A stretch of DNA of 63,813 nucleotides, the filler included, from Octopus bimaculoides (lineage: Eukaryota), in assembly GCF_001194135.2 (NCBI RefSeq). It is 4 parts of 4 records of this genome, joined end to end, with 100 filler letters (N's around TTAATTAATTAA, not from the genome) between each part and the next. Parts side by side here need not be neighbours in the genome. Positions count along the whole stretch, not along the records: positions 22,023 to 33,512 come from NC_068989.1; positions 33,613 to 54,900 come from NC_068998.1; 2 more parts are not named here. The stretch is one strand, 5' to 3'. Each line of letters starts with the position of its first letter. Position 1 is the stretch's first letter. A program made the position numbers and the translations under genes. Positions 25,261-35,925 of this stretch are shown piece after piece. The notes under the pieces are model-generated. The model made no database searches and had not been told where the DNA came from. It worked only from the letters and a program-made list of their open reading frames with translations.

Positions 25261-25384
25261 AGTATTGGACTGGCACCTTATTTATCAACTCCAAAAAGAT
25301 TACAGGCTGGCTTGACCTCAGTGGGATTTGAACTCAGAATGCAAAGCATCCTATCAATGCTATAACCACTCTACCAATTCACTA
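25261..25384 (-). mobile_element. Family A SINE relic with CpG-decayed body
   Basis: TTTATCAACTCCAAAAAG..TTGACCTCAGTGGGATTTGAACTCAGAATG aligns to consensus TTTATCGACCCCGAAAGG..TCGACCTCGGCGGAATTTGAACTCAGAACG. Confidence 0.75.
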
Positions 25385-26099
25385 TATTAACCTGGAATAA
25401 AAAAGAAAAATAAATCTAATGCAATCGGTGTTGAAAATAAAGAATTACAAAACATTTGCTTAAGGCTTTCTCTACCATCAGCGAACTCGTGTTGATTCAT
25501 GCCAATCAGGGTCAAGCTTTATTTATTATCCCAGTAGCTCGTTAGTTAATATTCAAACTTGTATATTTACTTAATTTGTGGACTGTGCAGCATTATTGAT
25601 TGTTGACAACTTCTGGCTCAAAAATGATTTGGAAGGATCAACAAATCGTTTTTTACTTCCTTTTTGTTGTTGTTGTTGTTGTTGTTGCTGCTGCTGCTTA
25701 CTACTGTTGCGATTTATTTTTTTGTTTTTGGTGGGTGAGTTTGTTGTTGCTGGTTCATTTATCATCATCATCATCATCATCATCATTATTATCATTTATT
25801 TGTTTAATCATTTATTTATTTATTATCATAAAATAAACTATAAATCATCTTGTGTATTATATAGCTGTATTGTTTGACCAATTAGTTATGTGATAAGGAA
25901 TAAACTGACTGTTTAGTGAATGAGATTAAAACATAGATCTATTACGTTGATAATATATNNNNNNNNNNNNNNNNNNNNNNNNNNNNNNNNNNNNNNNNNN
26001 NNNNNNNNNNNNNNNNNNNNNNNNNNNNNNNNNNNNNNNNNNNNNNTATATATATATATATATATATCGTTGGTAAAGCATAAATCTGAAAAAGAAGCA

Positions 26100-26585
26100 C
26101 ACTCTAAGTTATAGAGCAGTATATAATATGAATAAAGTTAGATAAGGCCGGTTTCACGTCCATAAAGCGTTTAGCTTTACGCCGTATCATCAGATCCCAA
26201 AACCTGTTGGCTTAAGGCCTCTCCAAAATATAGAGGTGGAAAAGACCTCGCTACTCAAATACAACAACAGGGGGTTGTCTCCCTTCGGCTATCGATCTCC
26301 AGTGACATTTTTATCCTGTGGGTTCCAATAGGCCAGCAGGAATTTCTCGAAATGCAAGCACGGTTCGAAGACCTCCGTTCTGGAGTTAAAGATGTTCTCC
26401 GGGTTGAGGGAATCCTTTAGGATCCTCGCCCGTTCCACTGTGCATAGTTTACAGCGCATGGTCCCATTTATGTAGGGGCCTGGATTTTCTAGGATTCTCC
26501 ATGATATTGTGTATTGAATACCGTCGATTTCCAGCTGCCCTACATGGCTGGCTAATGACGTAATGTATCTCCTATCCGGTATTCT
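26100..26585 (-). mobile_element. Penelope-like element 3' end (post-GIY-YIG Cys-rich C-terminus, open 26289-26585) plus pseudo-LTR
   Basis: RIPDRRYITSLASHVGQLEIDGIQYTISWRILENPGPYINGTMRCKLCTVERARIL..NSRTEVFEPCLH..* is homologous to the C-terminus of the PLE at 55124-55863. Confidence 0.85.
26143..26198 (-). ncRNA. Degenerate hammerhead-like motif
   Basis: CTGATGA is followed by a long stem II (CGTAAAGC/GCTTTATG) and GAAACCGG. U16.1 is lost and stem I is not convincing. Confidence 0.4.
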
Positions 26586-26639
26586 TCATATGTATCAAAA
26601 TTAACAAGGACACACAACTTACATAGATACAGACTGATG

Positions 26640-27413
26640 CTATTTATTGTTACTGCCACTTGGCTATTCAAAAGTAGATGGGTTGGTAGTGGTGACAGTA
26701 TTGATTGTATTGGTTTTGATATTGGCAATAGTGGTGATGATGGTGGGTAATGTTGGTGGTAGCAGTGGTTGTATTGTCTTTGGTAATTTTGAAGGACAAT
26801 GTATTTCAACAGATATATGATAACAAAAGGGTTAATGAAAGACTTTACAATTCCCTACCAGCTTTGCTTCCAATTAAGAGTGCTCTCCCATGTAATGTTC
26901 CCCTATTCCTCTTGCCAGGTACTCATTAGGAAGAGCCTAGCAGATGACTCATTGAAAGAAGGTGCTATCTCTCCAAGACAACAAAATGTTCCCGTCTAAA
27001 GAGACCCCACAGAGAATGATGGCTTATGGTAATGATAGATGGCAGATGAGAAACATTTGAGAGATGTTGAAGCAGGTGGAATGAAATTGTCTGAATGAAA
27101 TATAATTGAAAGTAGGAATGTATGAAATAAGATTGAATGGTCATGGTAGCGTTAGTAGTAGTGGTGGTGGTGGTGGTGGTGGTGGTTCTTGTGGCGGTGG
27201 TGCTGCACATGGCACTAGTGATGGTGACGTTGGTGTAAATGTGGCGGTGGTGGTTGTGGCGGTGGTAGCCATGGTGAGTGGAAGTGATAGTGATGGTGTA
27301 ACGATAGAGGTGAAGGTAATGGTGATAATGGTAGTGATGATGGTGATGATGGTGGTTGTGGTAATGACGCTGCTGCCAATGATCATGATTGATTGTTGTG
27401 GTAAAGATGAATG

Positions 27414-27462
<49 letters not shown>

Positions 27463-27484
27463 ATGGTGGTGGTAGTGGTGGTGT

Positions 27485-27540
<56 letters not shown>

Positions 27541-27780
27541 ACGGTGGTGGTGGTGGTGGTAGTGGTGTTAGTAGTAGTAGTAGTAATGATTGTTGATATG
27601 GGGATAGTGGTCATTGTGATAGCGATGACAGTGGTGGCTGTGTTGATAGTTGTGGTACTGGTAAGAATGTTTGCAGTTATCATTATAGTGATTACCGTGG
27701 TGGTGGTAAGGATGGTGGTAGAATCTGTTGTCATGGAGGTGTTGTTTTTGGTGATGGTCACCTTGGAGTGATCATAGCCT
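26640..27780. repeat. Degenerate (TAG/TGG/GAT)n trinucleotide low-complexity tract (interrupted ~26800-27120)
   Basis: Runs of GTA/GGT/GAT triplets, directly visible. Confidence 0.85.
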
Positions 27781-28150
27781 TGTGAATGGAGCTGGTAAAT
27801 GAAAACTCTACAAGAAAAAAGTTTTAAAAGGAAGTTGAAATGCACTTGGTGTCTTTAAAAGGGTTTATCTACACTTATCTAAGTAAATGTAAATAAATCT
27901 TTCCAAAGACGACATGTGCATTTTCAATTTCTTTTCTTTTCTACATGCATGTAGAAACTTTGCCAGACCAGATTGGTGCAGCGTTCTGGCTTGCCAGCTC
28001 TCAGTGAAACTGTCCAACCCATGCCAGCATGGAAAGCAAATGTTAAACGGCAATGATGATGATGATGATTCAAACACACACACACACACAAACACACACA
28101 AACACACACACACACACATACACACACACACACACTTGCAAATATATATA

Positions 28151-29431
28151 TCAAGTCATTAAGAATGAAATGTCCAATTTTCTTATGCACCAAGTTTGAC
28201 AGTTGTTAACTCTGATGTTTTATCTTGACAATTCTTTGTTTTATAACATTGAAGAGTTACATTGTTACTTTTCGAAATGCAATTCATGGTGTCTGAATAT
28301 AATGCAAGTTTTCTCTTGTAAATCAATTTTTCTGAACCCATGGAGAGATAAAACATTTGTGTTGTTTACAAATATGAGTTCCATCGTGGAACCAATGCAT
28401 TCCAGACAGCTCAAAACATCAATGAGGTGTTTGGTGAAGATGTGGTGAATGAGTACACTGTACATCGATGGTTTGAGAAGTTCCAATCTGATGACTTTAC
28501 TCCTGAAAATAAGTCCCGTGGTAGACCTGAGACCAAGGTGGATAATGATGAGCTGGAGACTGTAGTGGAAGCGGATACATCTCAAATTATGCATGAGAAA
28601 GCAGCAAGGTTTGATGTTGTGATTCCAACTGTATTGGACCATCTGAAACAAATTGGCAAGGTAAAGAAGCTGGACAAGTGGGTACCACATGAACTGAACA
28701 TGCATCAAATGACACATCATCTTGAAACCTGTTGTTATTTGCTGTCAGCATAAAAGTGAACCATTTTTACATTGTATTGTTACATGTGATGAAAAATGGA
28801 TTCCTTTCAACAATAGCAAGCGTTCTGCATGGTGGTTGGATAGAGACAAAGTGCCAAAACACAATCTAAAAAAGAATATTCACCAAAAATGCTAATGGTG
28901 TCTGTTTGGTGGTCCAATGCTGGTGTCATCTACTACAGCTTCATGAGACCTTGGTAAGTCAAATACAGTGGATGTATACATCAACCAGTTGGATGAAATG
29001 ATAAGTGAACTTGCAATTAAACAACTGAGATAGGTCAATAGAGACAGGCAAATTCTCTTTCAAGACAATGCCCGACCACATGTTGCACAAAGGAAGCTAC
29101 TCAAGTTACAGGAACTGAACTTGGAAGTACTTTGTCTTCCACCATATTCACCAAAATTTGCACCAACTGACTATCACATTTTTCAAGCATTAGACAACTT
29201 TTTGCAAGGAAAAAACTTCAAATCTGAAGAAGTTACAAAAACAGCCTTTTGCGAGTTCATCACCTCTTGCTCTCCAGAATTCTTCACTGCCAGCATAAAT
29301 AAGGTACCGATAAAGCAGCAAAATTTTGTTGGTAATTTAGGTGCAAACTTTGATTAGCTGCATTACTTTTTGTTGAGATGAAGTAAAATAAACTTTCATT
29401 TCAAAATCGGACATTTCATTCTTGACATATG
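28151..29431 (+). mobile_element. Near-full-length mariner (D,D34D type, Hsmar1/SETMAR-like), inactivated
   Basis: The TIR core AAGAATGAAATGTCC(A/G)ATTTT occurs at both ends in inverted orientation, enclosing the transposase relic. Confidence 0.9.
28340..29357 (+). pseudogene. Mariner transposase pseudogene
   Basis: Contains HLKQIGKVKKLDKWVPHEL, IVTCDEKWI, FQDNARPHV and PPYSPKFAPTDYHIF..LDNFLQGK, with several stops and frameshifts. Confidence 0.92.
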
Positions 29432-29494
29432 TATAAGCAAAATAGTAAGTTGTAAAATCTCGAGAAGAGATCAGAGTAGTAACTATACTAACAA

Positions 29495-29729
29495 GTAAAG
29501 TTAATCACCACATCAAAGTGGCTATTCCGTGTTACTGCTAGTTTAATCCCAAGCAGATCTTCCACTAGCTGGTTATCAGTGCAGTGCTGCTAGAGGATGG
29601 CAGGGGTTCACTTCCCCTGATAATATATACAGTGAAGCACTGCCTCGATAACCAGCTGGTGGAACATCTGCTTGGGGTTAAACTAGTAGTAACATGGAAC
29701 AGCCACTTTGATGTGGTGATTAACTTTAC
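29495..29729. repeat. Fold-back palindrome (~95-bp arms) with inner CAGGGG/CCCCTG hairpin; MITE-like
   Basis: GTAAAGTTAATCACCACATCAAAGTGGCT is perfectly inverted at 29701-29729. The arms continue inward with mostly transition mismatches. Confidence 0.88.
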
Positions 29730-30903
29730 AGGGTGTGATGGGTAAATTGTCGCCATTTTATGATTTTAATTTCACATATGCACATTATTTGTTTTTGATT
29801 GTGTCAACTATACAGTATAGTAGGGCCAGTTGGACACCATCTGTGAGAAAAATAGCACCATGATGCAATTCACTCTACCAGAAATTTGGAAACAACATGC
29901 TATACTGATTGGCATTTGTGCCAGAAGCTCCAATACAAACATTTCAGAGTGTTTGGACAAGTCTAATTACGAAGATATGGCAGCTCAAAAAACTCACTCT
30001 GATCATTCTGATAAAAAAAGAACTCCTGAATTTGTAGGTGAGATCCAGGTCATGATTGACAACGATCCCTCCAAGTCAATCAGGTCCATCACCAGGGACA
30101 TGGGAGTGTGTGAGTTTCTTATCAGGCTGGTAGTGCATAAAGATATTCGGTATTCCTCATACAAAATGACAAAGGGCCAATTTTTATCCCAAGCCATCAA
30201 GGACAAGAGGAAAGACCATGCTACAAAGTTTTCGAACAAATTCAAATATCCCCTCTGATTAAACATGCTTTGGATTTTCTCAGACAAGACAAATTTCTGC
30301 CAGGATCAGATGCTGAACACACAGGACAACCGTTGGCTTGCCATGTCCCCAAAACATGGAGTGATCACTAGTGACGGTGATGTTGTGCCTCCATTCGTCT
30401 TCCCACACAGCCTCAGACCCAACACAGAAGCCTACAACAAGTGCTTGGAGAAGGTAGTGCTGCTCTGGATCAAAATGGTGACTGCTGGAAGACACTATGT
30501 CTGGCAACAGGACTCTGCACCATGCCACACAAGCAGGAGAATCCATTCATAGCTGTCAGACAATTTCTGCCACCACATCACCACTAACATCTAGCCACCT
30601 AACTCCCCAGATTGCAACTCCCTTGATTATTATGTGTGGGGCACATTTGAATGAGAGACCAACAAAACTACTTATAACACCAAAGTATTCACCTACTTAA
30701 ACAAGGTGACCACCCAGAAGAGTTGCCAGAGATTCCGAAGACATCTGAAGGCTGTGATGGACGCCAATGGTGATTTCATTGAATAAATTTACTCTTTAGT
30801 ATTTCAACATAATTTACATAATTTTGGTAAATTTCTTTTAAAATGAGATGTCAGTGTTATTTTCATATTTATGTAATTTAGACAATTTATTCACCGCACC
30901 ATA
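29729..30903 (+). mobile_element. DD37D (maT/mori-type) Tc1/mariner element, internally deleted, inactivated
   Basis: The left end is TA|CAGGGTGTGATGGGTAAATTGTC, and the right TIR matches 16/20. The transposase relic (29860-30786) has FSDKTNF, WQQDSAPCH and PPNSPDCNSLDYYVW, with 37 residues between the 2nd and 3rd D. Confidence 0.88.
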
Positions 30904-30915
30904 CATATATATATA

Positions 30916-30946
<31 letters not shown>

Positions 30947-30999
30947 CATCATCACCATCACCGTTTAACATCTGCCATGTATGTATATAATAAAATATG

Positions 31000-31330
31000 A
31001 ACTCTCATTGGAACTTACATACCATGGACAAGAAGTCTTTTTACCCATTCTACACAACACATTCCTTGGATAATTAAACAGCAAGTTTAACATCCAACAT
31101 ATATCTTTATTTTTATTTTTATATTTCCCTTTATACTTCCTAAATCTCTCCATTTCCAAAATAACTTCTTATATTGAACTCTACTATTTCCTTCGATTTA
31201 ACTCTCTCATATCATCTCTGATGATGGAATATCTTTTATATCCCTGAAACAGCTGTAAGCAACCCTTCTCTTTATAAAATGTCTTAGGAATTTCACACTG
31301 CTTTGGCTTTGTTGTCTCATTTTATTTAAC
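31000..31330 (+). mobile_element. Penelope-like 3' relic with hammerhead-like motif at 31211-31262
   Basis: QEVFLPILHNTFLG*LNSKFNI resembles the E..WI..L.T..P.GLN end of PLE GIY-YIG. It is followed by CTGATGA..GAAACAGCTGTA with palindromic stem III ACAGCTGT. Confidence 0.6.
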
Positions 31331-31417
31331 CCATATATGTATGTATGTATGTATGTAGGCATATGTATGTAGGCATATGTATGTATGTATATATATATAT
31401 ATATATANNNNNNNNNN

Positions 31418-31474
<57 letters not shown>

Positions 31475-32254
31475 TAGATAAGGAGACAGATAGATAGGTA
31501 GGTGGATAGATACCAAGAAACATATTTGGATATTAGTACATGTGTGTGTGCATATGTGTGTCTATGTGTGTGTATGTGTGTTTACTTACATTTGATATTT
31601 TCAAAAAATTGTTGAGCTACAAACAGTGGCATTGTTGCCATTTCCTCTGTCAACCAACCGTCTGCTGGCTTTGCATCTTTGAAAGACATGTACGATAAGA
31701 AATTCTTTACTTGATAAATAAATAAGACATTAGCAACAGGAAGGATATTCAACTTGGAAACAATGCTGCGCTAATATATTCATCTAACTCATGCTAGCAT
31801 GATGGAACAGACATAAAAACGAATGAAATAAATAATGATATATAAGTAAGTATTTAACATCTAAATATTCTTCAATGTCTAAAATCAATAACTAGATTCA
31901 TTTTTAGGTCAAAAATTGTAGCACCAAGGACTATTTTGAATTCTATGTTTAAGCGTTTTGCATTAATTTAGTAATACATCATTCTTGTTGTGTTGATTTC
32001 CTGAGAGATAAAGAATGGCTTTACAATACTGAAAACCAGTTTAGAAGTAGTTGGCACCAATCATGAATAATGGACAGTTTACTGGAATATTTATATATGC
32101 CATACTGATCAAATAGGCTTGTGATATATTGAAATTTGACTGGTCTACATTATTAGAGCAGCTTGGAAATATTTTGGAAGTGTTTGTTTATGTGACCATA
32201 GATATACATCTACATGTACTTACATACACACATATATATGAACAAATACATATA

Positions 32255-32304
<50 letters not shown>

Positions 32305-32792
32305 NNNNNNNNNNNNNNNNNNNNNNNNNNNNNNNNNNNNNNNNNNNNNNNNNNNNNNNNNNNNNNNNNNNNNNNNNNNNNNNNNNNNNNNNNNNNNNNN
32401 NNNNNNNNNNNNNNNNNNNNNNNNNNNNNNNNNNNNNNNNNNNNNNNNNNNNNNNNNNNNNNNNNNNNNNNNNNNNNNNNNNNNNNNNNNNNNNNNNNNN
32501 NNNNNNNNNNNNNNNNNNNNNNNNNNNNNNNNNNNNNNNNNNNNNNNNNNNNNNNNNNNNNNNNNNNNNNNNNNNNNNNNNNNNNNNNNNNNNNNNNNNN
32601 NNNNNNNNNNNNNNNNNNNNNNNNNNNNNNNNNNNNNNNNNNNNNNNNNNNNNNNNNNNNNNNNNNNNNNNNNNNNNNNNNNNNNNNNNNNNNNNNNNNN
32701 NNNNNNNNNNNNNNNNNNNNNNNNNNNNNNNNNNNNNNNNNNNNNNNNNNNNNNNNNNNNNNNNNNNNNNNNNNNNNNNNNNNNNNNNNNNN

Positions 32793-32828
<36 letters not shown>

Positions 32829-32886
32829 GTATGTATGTATGTATATATGGATGTATGTATGTATGTATGTATGTATGTATGTATAT

Positions 32887-33448
32887 ATCCTTAAATCGCA
32901 GCCTTGCTTTCTGCCGGTGTCTCTTTCCATTCACAAGTTCCCCATATAGCATCTGCTTTTAATAAGGTAACCGGGGCTTGTGCACCATCGCCTCAGTACT
33001 CAAAATAACATCTGTCCTCAGGTTCTTTTTGTCTGGAGTTTTTCAGGTCCAGCCAACATTCAGAATGTGTCTGAGACATCTCTGACGAAAGCATTCAAGG
33101 ACCCTTACTGTGTCAAGTCCTCATTAATGGCCTATGATATGTAGGAGACCTTCTGGGAGAGCAATGTCTGTCATTGCCACAGATGGAGGAAGCAATTTAA
33201 GGAAGTGGTCGACACTTTTGAGACAGCACATATTCTGCATGAAGAACTTAAGCATGCTTCTCGATAGTGCACTGCTGGTGTAATGAATGGGGAAAACTTG
33301 GTTTGCAGGCGTGTATGCTTGTCAAGAGCAGGGCTCATTAGTCACTAACAGAGCCACAAATTCAAAATATACATTAGTCCTAGAGCACACAATGTTCCTG
33401 AAGGTCAGCAATAGTCTTCCTCGGTCACAAGTGGATGGCCACCATCAT
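32887..33448. mobile_element. RTE LINE 3' fragment with inverted 5' segment (32887-33108 minus; 33109-33448 plus)
   Basis: Minus: VRVLECFRQRCLRHILNVGW..KQMLYGELVNGKRHRQKARLRFKD. Plus: CVKSSLM..RWRKQFKEVVDTFE..CRRVCLSRAGLISH, then the tail GGATGGCCCACCATCAT. Confidence 0.85.
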
Positions 33449-33512
33449 ATGTGTATATATATATATATAAACATATGTGTATATATATATATAAACATAT
33501 ATGTATATATAT

Positions 33513-33612
33513 NNNNNNNNNNNNNNNNNNNNNNNNNNNNNNNNNNNNNNNNNNNNTTAATTAATTAANNNNNNNNNNNNNNNNNNNNNNNNNNNNNNNN
33601 NNNNNNNNNNNN
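33513..33612. other. Synthetic scaffold-join spacer N44-TTAATTAATTAA-N44
   Basis: Identical to 21923-22022. Confidence 0.9.
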
Positions 33613-34094
33613 ATATATATATATATACGATCAAGTAATATGGCTGGTAATACTTACATTATATATGTCTATATTTAATGTATGTTCGTACAAGAGCAGG
33701 CGTATATATATTCTTACATTATAAGTGTGTCTGTGTGTGTATACATATATATGTATGTGTGTGTCTATGCATGTATGCATGCATATAAAAAGAGACAGAC
33801 AGGCAGATAATGTATGTATGTATATACAACATGAGAAGAGAGAGTTCAATGCACATCCGTGAAAGATTCCCACAACCAATTTTCAATACTCATCGAACTG
33901 GTTCTTACTCATACCGAGGTGTTGATTGAATTAACTCTGCCGCCACAGAGAAATAATAAATTTAGCGACAAAATATTCAAATGTTCCACCATCTCTCTAT
34001 GGGATTGGTGAACGTTTGTGTTTATGGACTCAGATGTGGTTGTGTGGTTCACAAGTTCGATCCCACTGCTGGTACTTTGACTCTCTAAAAGTCT

Positions 34095-34255
34095 TTTACT
34101 ACGTTCTGAGTTCGAATTCTGCCGAGGTCGACTTTGTCCTTTCATCCTTTCGGAGTCAATAAATTATGTACCAGTCAAGAACGGGGATTGATGGGATCAA
34201 CTATCCTCCTCTTTCCAACTTCCAGGCTTTGTATCTAGAGTAGAAAGGATTATTA
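34095..34255 (+). mobile_element. 5'-truncated family A SINE
   Basis: CGTTCTGAGTTCGAATTCTGCCGAGGTCGACTTTG..CTAGAGTAGAAAGGATTATT. Confidence 0.8.
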
Positions 34256-34309
34256 TTGAAGATGTGATTGTTTATTTTTAGAATGACATTGTAGGGTGTG
34301 AGAATTAAT

Positions 34310-34723
<414 letters not shown>

Positions 34724-35566
34724 NNNNNNNNNNNNNNNNNNNNNNNNNNNNNNNNNNNNNNNNNNNNNNNNNNNNNNNNNNNNNNNNNNNNNNNNNNNNN
34801 NNNNNNNNNNNNNNNNNNNNNNNNNNNNNNNNNNNNNNNNNNNNNNNNNNNNNNNNNNNNNNNNNNNNNNNNNNNNNNNNNNNNNNNNNNNNNNNNNNNN
34901 NNNNNNNNNNNNNNNNNNNNNNNNNNNNNNNNNNNNNNNNNNNNNNNNNNNNNNNNNNNNNNNNNNNNNNNNNNNNNNNNNNNNNNNNNNNNNNNNNNNN
35001 NNNNNNNNNNNNNNNNNNNNNNNNNNNNNNNNNNNNNNNNNNNNNNNNNNNNNNNNNNNNNNNNNNNNNNNNNNNNNNNNNNNNNNNNNNNNNNNNNNNN
35101 NNNNNNNNNNNNNNNNNNNNNNNNNNNNNNNNNNNNNNNNNNNNNNNNNNNNNNNNNNNNNNNNNNNNNNNNNNNNNNNNNNNNNNNNNNNNNNNNNNNN
35201 NNNNNNNNNNNNNNNNNNNNNNNNNNNNNNNNNNNNNNNNNNNNNNNNNNNNNNNNNNNNNNNNNNNNNNNNNNNNNNNNNNNNNNNNNNNNNNNNNNNN
35301 NNNNNNNNNNNNNNNNNNNNNNNNNNNNNNNNNNNNNNNNNNNNNNNNNNNNNNNNNNNNNNNNNNNNNNNNNNNNNNNNNNNNNNNNNNNNNNNNNNNN
35401 NNNNNNNNNNNNNNNNNNNNNNNNNNNNNNNNNNNNNNNNNNNNNNNNNNNNNNNNNNNNNNNNNNNNNNNNNNNNNNNNNNNNNNNNNNNNNNNNNNNN
35501 NNNNNNNNNNNNNNNNNNNNNNNNNNNNNNNNNNNNNNNNNNNNNNNNNNNNNNNNNNNNNNNNNN

Positions 35567-35686
35567 GAATCGACCGCAGTACTTATTCTATCGCTCGCTT
35601 TTGCCGAACCGTTAAGTTACGGGGACGTAAACATACCAACACCAGTTGTCAAGCGTTGGTGAGAGAACAAACACAAACACAAAAGA

Positions 35687-35739
<53 letters not shown>

Positions 35740-35850
35740 CGGCGAGCTTCTTTCAGTTTCTGTCTACCAAATCCACTCACAAATCTTCGATCGGTCCGAA
35801 GCTATAGAAGAAGACACTTGTCTAAGATGCCACACAGTGGAACTGAACCC
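35567..35850 (-). mobile_element. Family B SINE, partial (3' end in gap)
   Basis: TTTTGCCGAACCGTTAAGTTACGGGGACGTAAAC..TTTCAGTTTCTGTCTACCAAATCCACTCAC. Confidence 0.82.
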
Positions 35851-35890
35851 AATCATAATATTCAAAGAAAGAAAGCGCGATGAAGTAAAA

Positions 35891-35925
35891 GTATAACTTT
35901 TCGGATATAGTCCTTCGTCAGATAC
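35891..35925 (-). ncRNA. Minimal type I hammerhead-like motif in a PLE-type pseudo-LTR fragment
   Basis: GTAT-CTGACGA-A-GGA-CTATA-TCC-GAAA-AGTT-ATAC: stem I GTAT/ATAC, stem II GGA/TCC. Only the C15.2 position deviates (A). Confidence 0.55.

Noticed and set aside
25571-25877. PolyQ, polyM and polyC ORFs
   Set aside because: They derive from adjacent (CAA/CAG)n and (ATC)n microsatellites.
26919-26961. Possible 43-nt internal exon after a good pyrimidine tract and CAG (VLIRKSLADDSLKE)
   Set aside because: The donor GTGCTA is weak, the peptide is unrecognised, and no partner exon was found. It is worth rechecking only if RNA-seq supports a gene in the CpG-poor block.
27141-27845. 234-aa Thr-rich mucin-like ORF (minus)
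   Set aside because: It is fully explained by degenerate ACT/ACC/ATC repeats, which lack stops in this frame. The overlapping opposite-strand poly-V/poly-S ORFs are equally open, and I see no domain or splice support.
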